NCBI GenBank assembly: GCA_038279365.1
Contig: JAYODI010000058.1
Span: 1 to 38,167 of the forward strand
Length of the DNA: 38,167 bases
Source: Candidatus Latescibacterota bacterium
Lineage (GTDB): Bacteria; Latescibacterota; UBA2968
Direction of reading: 5' to 3'
Shown here: piece by piece, positions 10,012 to 18,615 of the stretch
Layout: each line of letters begins with the position of its first letter
How positions within the stretch are numbered: position 1 is the first letter of the stretch
Position numbers and translations under genes: made by a program
Notes under the pieces: model-generated
What the model was told of the DNA's origin: nothing
Databases searched by the model: none
What the model saw: only the letters and a program-made list of their open reading frames with translations

Positions 10012-11454
10012 ATGGCAAAAAAACCAAATATTCTCTTTTTGATGACAGACCAAATGCAAGGCCAGGTGTTGCGCCCCGATCATGTATGCCAAACGCCCAA
10101 CTTTGACAAGTTGGCCAAGCGCGGTGTGCGTTTTGAGCGGGCCTATACACCCAATGCGGTTTGCTCACCAGCGCGGGCCAGTTTGATGACGGGATTGTTG
10201 CCACACAATCACGGTGTGTTGGAAGTGACCCATGTTGTAGACGATGATCAATGCGTGTTGCGAACCGAACACCCCCATTGGGCACAGCGATTGGAACATG
10301 CGGGATATCAAACGATGTATTTTGGCAAGTGGCATGTGGAACGGTCAGATGATTTGACGCAGTTTGGCTGGCAGATTAACGGGGTAACGGGTGGAGACTT
10401 ATTTAAGTCTTTTCGGAATGAGGTGATGGCTGGTGCCAAAGCTGCTTCATTTTCATTGCGCAAAGATACCGAACTGCCCGAAGGATATAAAAGCAGTATT
10501 TTGTATGGCGTGACCGACCAACCCGTTTCGCAACGGGGTGTGGGTTTAACCACTGAATTAGCACTTAAGCACTTGCAAAAGGCGGTTCAAGGAGATGATC
10601 CTTGGTGTTGTTTTGTGAGTGTGCTGGAGCCACATGACCCGTTTATTTGTGGGGAAGAAGCTTTTGCAAAATATGATGTAGATGCCATTGAACTGTGCCC
10701 CAATGTGTTTGATAAATTGGCCGACAAACCCAATATTTATCGCAAGGCAGGGTTGGCATGGGCGGATTTTACGGAGCGACAAAAAAAGGAAGCGGCGGCT
10801 TGTTATTATGCATCCATTACAGAAATTGACACACAATTTGGTCGTTTGATTGATTTGGTGGAACAGGCTGGGCAGTTGGACAATACGATTGTGGTGCTTA
10901 CCAGCGATCACGGAGAATTGTTGGGCTCTCATGGATTGTATTGCAAAAACTATTCTGGATTTGAAGAGGTGTATCATATTCCGATGGTGGTTGCTGGGCC
11001 AGGTGTTGCACAAGATGAAGTGAGCAATGCGCGTGTGGGGTTGCACGATCTTTGTCCCACGCTTTTGAATTTGGCCGATGTTGAAACAATTGATGTGGTT
11101 GATTCCAAATCTTTTGCGCCTGTTTTACAAAACCCATCTGGAGAATCAGTTCATTATCAAAAGGGGTTTGCCGAATATCATGGTGGGAGATATCGCGTGA
11201 CTCAGCGGGTTGTTTATGATGGGGCCTGGAAGTTGGTTATGAATGGTTTTGATTTTGATGAATTGTATCATTTAGACGACGATCCTTACGAAATGACCAA
11301 TTTAATTGATGTGACGGCGCATCGTGGCCAGTTGCACGAATTGACAAAGTATATGTGGCAAGTGATTCGCGATACGGGTGATCGGTCTTTGTGGAATTCG
11401 CAATATCCAGTTTTGCGTGTGGCACCTTTTGGACCAGAAATTCTTGAAGGATAA
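10012..11454 (+). CDS. Formylglycine-dependent sulfatase
   Basis: KPNILFLMTDQ, CSPARASLMTG (CxPxR), GKWH, SDHG, ELYHL..DPYE. Confidence 0.93.
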   Translation: MAKKPNILFLMTDQMQGQVLRPDHVCQTPNFDKLAKRGVRFERAYTPNAVCSPARASLMTGLLPHNHGVLEVTHVVDDDQCVLRTEHPHWAQRLEHAGYQTMYFGKWHVERSDDLTQFGWQINGVTGGDLFKSFRNEVMAGAKAASFSLRKDTELPEGYKSSILYGVTDQPVSQRGVGLTTELALKHLQKAVQGDDPWCCFVSVLEPHDPFICGEEAFAKYDVDAIELCPNVFDKLADKPNIYRKAGLAWADFTERQKKEAAACYYASITEIDTQFGRLIDLVEQAGQLDNTIVVLTSDHGELLGSHGLYCKNYSGFEEVYHIPMVVAGPGVAQDEVSNARVGLHDLCPTLLNLADVETIDVVDSKSFAPVLQNPSGESVHYQKGFAEYHGGRYRVTQRVVYDGAWKLVMNGFDFDELYHLDDDPYEMTNLIDVTAHRGQLHELTKYMWQVIRDTGDRSLWNSQYPVLRVAPFGPEILEG

Positions 11455-11499
11455 ATTTTGTTTTTGTTGCCTATTTGATGGCAATAATTGGGAGTGTTT

Positions 11500-11850
11500 A
11501 TGAGTGATGTAATCATCTATCACAATCCGCGGTGCAGTAAAAGTCGTGCCACTTTGGCTCTTTTGAGAGAGCGTGGTATTGTGCCTGAAGTGATTGAATA
11601 TTTGAAGAATCCGCCAGATGAACATGATTTGGCACGCATATTGGGCATGCTGGAGTTGGAGCCTATTGCTTTGATTCGAAAAGGTGAAGCTGAATATGTC
11701 GACTTGGGTTTGGAAGAAATAAAAGAAGATCGTGCCGCGTTGATACAACATATGATCACGCATCCTATTTTGATAGACCGTCCTATTGTTGTGAAGAATA
11801 ATCAGGCGCGAATTGGCAGACCGCCTGAAAAAGTTTTGGAGATTTTGTAA
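11500..11850 (+). CDS. arsC: Arsenate reductase (glutaredoxin) family protein
   Basis: IYHNPRCSKSR, HPILIDRPIV, GRPPE. Confidence 0.88.
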   Translation: MSDVIIYHNPRCSKSRATLALLRERGIVPEVIEYLKNPPDEHDLARILGMLELEPIALIRKGEAEYVDLGLEEIKEDRAALIQHMITHPILIDRPIVVKNNQARIGRPPEKVLEIL

Positions 11851-11894
11851 GGTATTGTTCAAGCATACAGGCATTGGGTGTCGGTTATTGTTTT

Positions 11895-11923
11895 AAGGGT
11901 TGCCCCAATGGGCAACCCTTTTT
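11895..11923 (+). terminator. Intrinsic terminator
   Basis: AAGGGTTGCCC-CAAT-GGGCAACCCTT followed by TTT. Confidence 0.8.
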
Positions 11924-11996
11924 GTATCTGGTCAATTGGGAGATGTTTTTCTAATCTATAGTGGGAGCAGAATGGTTTTAAAAAAGTGAGGTTGAT

Positions 11997-12479
11997 ATGG
12001 CAGACTTTAAAACAATGGCTGTTGAGGTGGGTGCATTGCTTAAAAAAAGGGGAGAAACGATAGCGGTGGCAGAATCTTCAGCTGGTGGGTTGATTTCGGC
12101 GGCGTTATTGGCTGTGCCAGGTGCATCGGCCTATTTTAAGGGGGGAGGGGCAGTTTATACCACAGTATCCAAGCAAGTGCTTATGGCTGTGTCTGACGAA
12201 GCCATTGCAGAAGTGCGTGCAGCAACAGAAGCCCATGCCATCCATTTGGCGCGTGCGGCCAAATGGCGCTTGGACACAGATTGGGGCATTGGAGAAACGG
12301 GTGCTGCGGGACCAACGGGCAATCGTTATGGCGATCCACCAGGGCATACGTGCATTGGTGTGGTGGGGCCAAGTGGTGAACATGCCTGGACTATTCAAAC
12401 GGGGCAGACAGATCGTGGTTTAAATATGGAGGCATTTGCCAAAGCGGCGTTGGATTTTTTGGCCGGTTGTCTCAAATAA
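11997..12479 (+). CDS. CinA C-terminal / PncC-like NMN amidohydrolase family
   Basis: AVAESSAGG, VPGASAYF, ETGAAGP. Confidence 0.85.
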   Translation: MADFKTMAVEVGALLKKRGETIAVAESSAGGLISAALLAVPGASAYFKGGGAVYTTVSKQVLMAVSDEAIAEVRAATEAHAIHLARAAKWRLDTDWGIGETGAAGPTGNRYGDPPGHTCIGVVGPSGEHAWTIQTGQTDRGLNMEAFAKAALDFLAGCLK

Positions 12480-12482
12480 AAT

Positions 12483-13109
12483 TTAGTGTGTATCAAAGCG
12501 ATCTTTTAACATGTGAAGTGCAATGATGGTTTTGGCATCTTGAATGTGTCCTTGGGCAAGCATTTGGAGTGCTTGGTGGCGAGGTATCAGGTGCGTACGA
12601 ATGTCTTCCGCTTCTTTTTTCAGTCCGGTGTGTTTTTGTATGCCATCGGCTTTTTGAACATGGGCCAAATACAACTCCATTCGTTCTGAGCAACCACCTG
12701 GGCTGAGATAAAAAGTGGTGAGGTGTTCAAGGGGTTTGGCAAGTTTAAATCCGGTTTCTTCAAACAGTTCTCGGCGAGCAACAACCTGTCCTTCGGCATC
12801 TTTGATGCCTGCCACAATTTCAAGCAACCATCCTTTGTTTTTGTGGGTGGGTTCGGAACGACTGGCAAAAACAGGATATCTAAATTGCTCAATCAAAACC
12901 ACTTCATCGGCGTCTTCACAATAAAGCAACACACCCACACCGTCGCCTCGTTCAAAGTTAACGCGTTTAATATCGGGTGTCATGTTGCCTGAAAAGGTTT
13001 CGTGTGACAGTGTGGCCTCTTCAATTTTAAATAATGTTTGACCATTGGGTAATGTAAATTGATAAGGTATATGGCAAGATTTGATTTCAACGTGCATGGA
13101 GATCTCCAC
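12483..13109 (-). CDS. Nudix hydrolase, ADP-ribose/GDP-sugar pyrophosphatase (NudF/NudK) type
   Basis: FERGDGV, LIEQFRYP, RELFEETG Nudix box, SPGGCSE, EDI, DAKTIIAL; start may be the second Met. Confidence 0.88.
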   Translation of the reverse strand: MEISMHVEIKSCHIPYQFTLPNGQTLFKIEEATLSHETFSGNMTPDIKRVNFERGDGVGVLLYCEDADEVVLIEQFRYPVFASRSEPTHKNKGWLLEIVAGIKDAEGQVVARRELFEETGFKLAKPLEHLTTFYLSPGGCSERMELYLAHVQKADGIQKHTGLKKEAEDIRTHLIPRHQALQMLAQGHIQDAKTIIALHMLKDRFDTH

Positions 13110-13174
13110 TTTTTGGTTGATGGATATGGATAAACATATGGTTTCTGATATGTAAAATCAACACAGGAGGCATC

Positions 13175-14392
13175 GTGGCTATAAATAAAAAACGAGCGTT
13201 AGGCGACCAATCGGTAAGTATGCTTGACTTTTACGACCCCAAATCAAAGACGAGTGGCATCCAAGATGCTATTGATGCGTTGCCCAATACGGGTGGGCAA
13301 GTCATTCTTCCTGCAGGCCAATACAAGCTGAAGGATTCTATTCGTGTGCCCAGTCGTGTGCGCTTAATTGGCGAAGGTGCGGCAACGGTGCTTTGTATTG
13401 CTCCACCGAGAGAGAATTTGTTGGTTAAAGATGCACGTAAGGGTGGGCGTCATTTGACCCTTCAAAAACGTGTCATGATGCAACCGGGTGATGCGATTGG
13501 AATTGGTGATGATCACATTCGAGGATGGTGGGGAACACACGCGGTTGTGGAGAAAGTTGAGGGGCTGGTTGTGCGTTTGGACCGGCCACTCAATCGAAGT
13601 GTATCAACTCAAAAACAGGCGCGTGTTGTGAATTTGTTTCCGGCTATTTGGGGTCAAGATGCAACAGATGTGGAAATTCGAGATTTGGCGATTCAAGGCA
13701 TTGATGGGTATGCGGGCAGGTGGTGGGATTTTACCTATGCGGCCATTCATTTGGTCAATTGCGAACGTGCCCGAATTGTGGGTGTGTCGGTGGCGTGGTG
13801 GCCCAGTGATGGGATTGGTGTACAGCGCGGAGCCGATGTGCAAGTGACACACTGTCAGGTACATCACTGTCGTGGGCATGGATATCACCCAGGCACCGGA
13901 TTGGGGAACAGTGTTTGGTCACAAAATATAGGGCGTAAGAATGGTGGCGATGGGTTGTTTTTTTGTATGCGGGTGCATCATTCGGTTTGTAGCGATAATG
14001 TGTTTGAAGGCAACGCACAAAATGGCATTGGTGGTGTGGCAAATGGTTTTGATCATCACGATATTATCAGCAACAATGTGTGTGCAAACAATGGCCTGTG
14101 TGGCATTGACGCCAATCAGGGAGAAGAACAGGTGATTACGGGGAATTTGTTGTTGAATAATTCGCAAAAAACGCCAGGTAAGTGGCCTGCCATTCGGATG
14201 CACGATTTGTTGCAAACACTTGTGCAAGGCAACCGATGTGCAGATGACCAAGATACACCTACGCAATTGCGTGGGATTGTTGAAAGTGGCGAGAGTGATT
14301 ATAATTTGATCAGTGGAAACTTATGTGTGGGGATGGATGATGCCATTATTTCAGTGGGGCGAAACAGCCGCGTTGAAGGCAATTTGGTATAA
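13175..14392 (+). CDS. Right-handed parallel beta-helix (pectate-lyase-like) protein
   Basis: SD AGGAGG then GTG; IQDAIDAL...GGQVILPAGQY cap; repeated N-ladder motifs (IISNNVC, VITGNL, LVQGNRC). Confidence 0.82.
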   Translation: MAINKKRALGDQSVSMLDFYDPKSKTSGIQDAIDALPNTGGQVILPAGQYKLKDSIRVPSRVRLIGEGAATVLCIAPPRENLLVKDARKGGRHLTLQKRVMMQPGDAIGIGDDHIRGWWGTHAVVEKVEGLVVRLDRPLNRSVSTQKQARVVNLFPAIWGQDATDVEIRDLAIQGIDGYAGRWWDFTYAAIHLVNCERARIVGVSVAWWPSDGIGVQRGADVQVTHCQVHHCRGHGYHPGTGLGNSVWSQNIGRKNGGDGLFFCMRVHHSVCSDNVFEGNAQNGIGGVANGFDHHDIISNNVCANNGLCGIDANQGEEQVITGNLLLNNSQKTPGKWPAIRMHDLLQTLVQGNRCADDQDTPTQLRGIVESGESDYNLISGNLCVGMDDAIISVGRNSRVEGNLV

Positions 14393-14483
14393 CATTTGTT
14401 ATTTTCCTCGGATTGCTGTGGTTGTTGTGTAAACGATAAGGGCCATCTTAAATAGGGTAGTTTTAGACTTTGGAGGTGGGTTT

Positions 14484-15452
14484 TTGCAAGCGCTTAGAAT
14501 ATCGGATGAAGAGATTGCCGCTTTGATGTCTCCTGCAGATTTTGTAGACAGTTGTCATAAGGCTTTTCAATTGTATGGCAATGGTGAGATGTTGAATCCC
14601 GCACGCCGAGAATCAATTACCCAAAAAGATGGCATGGATGTGTTTCACCTGGAATTGCTGGGTGAGTGGTGTGGCAAGTATCGTGGCAAAAAGGTGATTG
14701 AAGAACGGTCAGATGTGAAAACAGGTCGTTTGGGCGATCGCACGGCTGTGATATCTTTAGAAGATATTCAGACTGGACAGGGCGTGGAACTGGATGCCGA
14801 TTATATTACCAATATGCGCACAGGTGCTGCTGGTGTTTTGGGCGCAAAGTATTTGGGCCGATTACCCATTCGAAAAGTTGCTGTTTTGGGTACTGGACGT
14901 ATTGCCAAAGCATTGGCTTTGTGTGCCGATGTGGCCCTCCAACCTGAGGTGATCTGTGTGACAAGTCGAAAAGAGGCGAATCGGAAAGATTTTGCCAAGG
15001 ATGTCACGGATTTGTTGTCTTGTCATTTACAAATGACCGATACGATTGAAGCTTGTGTGGCAGGCGCAGATGCCATATTTGCTGCCGTTCCAACTCCCAC
15101 ACCGATATTAACTGATGAGATGGTTGGTCCACACACCCACATTTCTGTTTTGGGAGGCGATCAGCGCACACAGCAAGTGACACAGTCGCTTTTTTTGAGC
15201 CGGTTAATCGTTCCCGACCATGCCGATCAAGTACTAAAATCGGGAGAGTTTTTAGAAGCAACGGCATCTGGAAGCCAGGTTTGCTGGATAAAAGATGAGG
15301 CTGGACAGATCAAAAATGTTGGGCAGGTGGCCTTGGGTGCGTTAGAAAATTTGCGTGGACAGGGCGTAATTGTGTATTTTTCAGGTATGGCAATTCAAGA
15401 TGTGCATGCGGCTTCTGTTGTTTGGGAACGCTATCAGGCACATAATATGTGA
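14484..15452 (+). CDS. Ornithine cyclodeaminase / mu-crystallin family protein (divergent)
   Basis: SD GGAGG then TTG; TNMRTGAAG, VLGTGRIA, SGMAIQD. Confidence 0.8.
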   Translation: MQALRISDEEIAALMSPADFVDSCHKAFQLYGNGEMLNPARRESITQKDGMDVFHLELLGEWCGKYRGKKVIEERSDVKTGRLGDRTAVISLEDIQTGQGVELDADYITNMRTGAAGVLGAKYLGRLPIRKVAVLGTGRIAKALALCADVALQPEVICVTSRKEANRKDFAKDVTDLLSCHLQMTDTIEACVAGADAIFAAVPTPTPILTDEMVGPHTHISVLGGDQRTQQVTQSLFLSRLIVPDHADQVLKSGEFLEATASGSQVCWIKDEAGQIKNVGQVALGALENLRGQGVIVYFSGMAIQDVHAASVVWERYQAHNM

Positions 15453-15536
15453 TTTTTTTTAAACTTTTTTCTTTTTATATGCGTCTAAAGTAGGTGTAAT
15501 ATCTGAGTTTATGTTATCGGTTTGACGAGGCTATGT

Positions 15537-17888
15537 ATGGTTGTTCAGCGATTTCTTTTTTTAATTTTACTCCTTATAAGTGGCATAATCACGCCCTCCA
15601 ATGCTCAGCGAGAAGGGGTGACGGGTGTGTTTATGGGCACGGTCACCACACCGTCAGGTGCGCCCGTTTCCCATGCACAAGTGATGGTGTTGTCTACAGA
15701 CCAAGCATTGGGCAGCCATCTTCAAAATCGTCATCGAACCGATCAAAATGGGACATTTCGACTGCGTTTGCCTGTGGGGCAATATTGGGTTAAGGTTGTG
15801 GCGCTGGGGTTTGTACCACATTGGTATGAAGATGCCCAAGGGCGTGGTGAGGCTGTGCCTGTTGTGATTTCTGAACCGGGTGTCGAAGTGGTGTGGCCTG
15901 TTGTTGTGACGCCTATTGCTTCTGTTTATGGACATGTATTGGATGCATCCACGGGGTTGCCTGTGGATGATGGATCTGTGCTTATTGAAGGGGTTGTGAC
16001 GCGGTTACACAAACGCGTTGCTTTGGCATTGGGGTCTTTTGTTGCAGAAGGGCTTTTGCCTGGGGCATATCGCATTCAAGTTTTGGCTGAGAATTATGTG
16101 GTTGGGCAAGCCAATGTGATGTTGGGGGTGGGAGATGTTTTAGGACCGATTCCAATAGAGTTGTCCAAGGGGTTGTCCATCTCTGGGCAGGTGGTTGGTC
16201 AAAATGGTGAGGCGCTTTCCGATGTAATTGTTACTGCTCGATTGGCTGATCGCGATGGTCGTTTGCAACGGGCAACAACGGCCAATGATGGCACCTATCA
16301 TCTTTCTGGGTTGGTTCCTGGGGCTTATATCTTTGATGCACATAAGATTGGTTTTACACCGCGATTTTATGATGATCAAAATCAAAAAGAAGAAGCCACG
16401 GTGATCTATTTAGACAATGGACAGGTGTATCGCAATGTCAATTTTGTGTTGGGGCAAGTGGGGGCAATTGTTGGCCGAGTGACCAATGCACAAAAGCAAC
16501 CTATTGTGGGTGCTCGCATTTTGGCAGAACCTTTGGGGGTGGGAAAACGACAACAGGTAAGAACCAATAAGGATGGGCAGTATGTTTTGGCTGATGTGGC
16601 CAAAGGGTCTTATTTGGTTCGGGCCTTTGCTGATGGATATATGCCATTTTATTATGATGGTGTACAAACCAATGGAGAAGCAACCGCGGTAACGGTTACA
16701 GATGACGCACATACAGATCAAGTTGATTTTGTGTTGCTTTTGGGGGGAAAGATTGCGGGGCAGGTTCGAGATGTGGAATCAAACAAACCTGTTGGTGATG
16801 CATTGGTATCGGCACGTTGGGTGGGGCACCCTGGTATTTGGCAAACACAAACCGATCAAAATGGCCGTTTTGAATTGGAAGATTTGCCCAGTGGGGATTT
16901 TATTTTACAGGCACGTGCGCGCAATCATGTGACGGAATTTTTAGGACAGACCACTGATATTGAATTGGCCAAGCACGTCTCAGTAAAGGCCGGTAAGACC
17001 CTTTCTGATGTCAGATTTGCCCTGAAAAAGCGTCAACCTGGCGATTTTGATGGCAATGGTGTCATTGATTTCCAAGATTTGATGCAACTGGTACACCATG
17101 TAATGGATAAAAAGGCATATGATTCCCAGTTTGATTTGAACAAAGATGGCGAAATTGGCTTGTCTGATCTGCTCAATGTGACGCCTGAGCGTGCGGGTAA
17201 AATGGCCACAGAACAAGGTGCATTGCGCTGGCAACAAGTAGAAGACGATCCCCAAGTTTTGGTTGCCGAATTGCTTGTTGATAACTTGCCTTTGGCAAAA
17301 GGGTATGTTTTACAAGTCAATTATGATGCCGATTTGGCCGAGCTGTTGGGGGCCAAAGAGACGGAAACGGGTGTTTTTGCAGGTCATCCATTATTGGTGC
17401 AGAGACAACATGGTACTGTGTTAATTGCATTGGAGGGCCATGATGTTGCATCTACCGAAGCACAAGGATCACTTGTTCAATTGCGTTTTCGGTTAAAAGG
17501 TGATGCAACGGGTGTGCCGATTGAAATTGCCACGGCGCTGTTGTTTGGCCAAGACGATCAGTTGGTGCCATTGCGGTTGCCTGCCAAGTTTGATTTGGAA
17601 TTGCCCCCCCAAACCTTTCGTTTGATGCAAAATTCCCCAAATCCGTTTAATCCTGCAACGACCATTGCTTTTGAGTTGCCACAATCTGCGGATGTGGATG
17701 TGGCTGTTTACAATTTGGTGGGGCAGCGTTTGCGCACTTTGGTACGCGAAAACAAAGCTCCTGGACGATATCAAGTGGTTTGGGATGGAAAAGATGATTC
17801 GGGGCGTGATGTGTCCAGTGGGGTCTATTTTTATCGCTATCATGCAGGTGAATTTTGGGCGAGCCGACGAATGTTGTTGATTCGGTAG
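15537..17888 (+). CDS. Secreted protein: about 5 carboxypeptidase-regulatory-like beta-sandwich repeats, dockerin-like EF-hand pair, cohesin-like domain, FlgD-Ig/T9SS-type C-terminal domain
   Basis: Signal peptide; repeated ISGQV...TDxNGxY.L..L..GxY units; GDFDGNGVIDFQD and FDLNKDGEIGLSD; QNSPNPFNPATTIAF...VYNLVGQ...WDGKDDSG...SGVYFYR. Confidence 0.85.
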   Translation: MVVQRFLFLILLLISGIITPSNAQREGVTGVFMGTVTTPSGAPVSHAQVMVLSTDQALGSHLQNRHRTDQNGTFRLRLPVGQYWVKVVALGFVPHWYEDAQGRGEAVPVVISEPGVEVVWPVVVTPIASVYGHVLDASTGLPVDDGSVLIEGVVTRLHKRVALALGSFVAEGLLPGAYRIQVLAENYVVGQANVMLGVGDVLGPIPIELSKGLSISGQVVGQNGEALSDVIVTARLADRDGRLQRATTANDGTYHLSGLVPGAYIFDAHKIGFTPRFYDDQNQKEEATVIYLDNGQVYRNVNFVLGQVGAIVGRVTNAQKQPIVGARILAEPLGVGKRQQVRTNKDGQYVLADVAKGSYLVRAFADGYMPFYYDGVQTNGEATAVTVTDDAHTDQVDFVLLLGGKIAGQVRDVESNKPVGDALVSARWVGHPGIWQTQTDQNGRFELEDLPSGDFILQARARNHVTEFLGQTTDIELAKHVSVKAGKTLSDVRFALKKRQPGDFDGNGVIDFQDLMQLVHHVMDKKAYDSQFDLNKDGEIGLSDLLNVTPERAGKMATEQGALRWQQVEDDPQVLVAELLVDNLPLAKGYVLQVNYDADLAELLGAKETETGVFAGHPLLVQRQHGTVLIALEGHDVASTEAQGSLVQLRFRLKGDATGVPIEIATALLFGQDDQLVPLRLPAKFDLELPPQTFRLMQNSPNPFNPATTIAFELPQSADVDVAVYNLVGQRLRTLVRENKAPGRYQVVWDGKDDSGRDVSSGVYFYRYHAGEFWASRRMLLIR

Positions 17889-17911
17889 CGCATTTAAAAA
17901 GAAATAAAATC

Positions 17912-17942
17912 AAAAGGGTAGGCCGTTGGCCTGCCCTTTTTT
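17912..17942 (+). terminator. Intrinsic terminator
   Basis: AAAAGGGTAGGCC-GTT-GGCCTGCCCTTTT followed by TT. Confidence 0.75.
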
Positions 17943-18105
17943 ATTGCAAAAAGAGAATCGGAACTGTATTATCTGTGGACACATTTTGTGGCTAATGGCC
18001 ACAAAAAAGGATGGCGAAGCTTTTTAATATATTGAAAAATAGTGTTTTTTTGTTTTGCATCTGTGGACAGTTATCTGTGTTTTGTGCCTAATTGGAGATG
18101 TGGGA

Positions 18106-18615
18106 ATGGCTTGGCTTTATCAGCGGGGCAAAAAGTGGTGGATTGGCTATTACGATGAAAATGGCAAGCGTGTGCGCAAATCGATAGGTGATTCAAGAGA
18201 AGTGGCAGAAGTGGCACTACGGCGGGTGGAAGGCGAAATGCGTAAGCAAAACCCTGACTATCCGATGCTGACTCAAGACCGGCCATTTGGCCCTCAAGAT
18301 GTAAACATTCAAACAGCTAAATACCGTCTAACAAACTATCCTGCGGTGCGCAGTGTGGTTAATGTGCGAGAATTGTTTGCCCGAATTTATGAACAGTTGG
18401 GGTTTGAGGTTTTAAAGTCGCAAGAAGATTTTCCGCATTATGTGCTTGATATGGATGGAAAACCCATTTGTGCCCATGTGGTGGTGCGCAGCCGAGATTT
18501 TCAAACATTGGGTTTGGATGTGGAGGTTTGTGATCGTATTATTTGCTGGACAGACGATTGGGAAGGTTCACCCATTCCCACCCTTGAATTGTCAAAATAT
18601 TATGATTTCTTTTAA
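18106..18615 (+). CDS. Hypothetical protein: integrase arm-binding-like N-terminus fused to a degenerate PD-(D/E)XK-like domain
   Basis: ATG after GGAG; YQRGKKWWIGYYDENGKRVRKSIG; LF..IYEQLGFE...FPH...S.DF...CDRIICWTDDW...LEL. Confidence 0.7.
   Translation: MAWLYQRGKKWWIGYYDENGKRVRKSIGDSREVAEVALRRVEGEMRKQNPDYPMLTQDRPFGPQDVNIQTAKYRLTNYPAVRSVVNVRELFARIYEQLGFEVLKSQEDFPHYVLDMDGKPICAHVVVRSRDFQTLGLDVEVCDRIICWTDDWEGSPIPTLELSKYYDFF

Noticed and set aside
11500-11850. ArsC as a further selenoprotein
   Set aside because: The catalytic residue is encoded by TGC (Cys); there is no in-frame TGA
18106-18615. Functional integrase or prophage boundary
   Set aside because: No tyrosine-recombinase catalytic domain, att site or phage genes nearby
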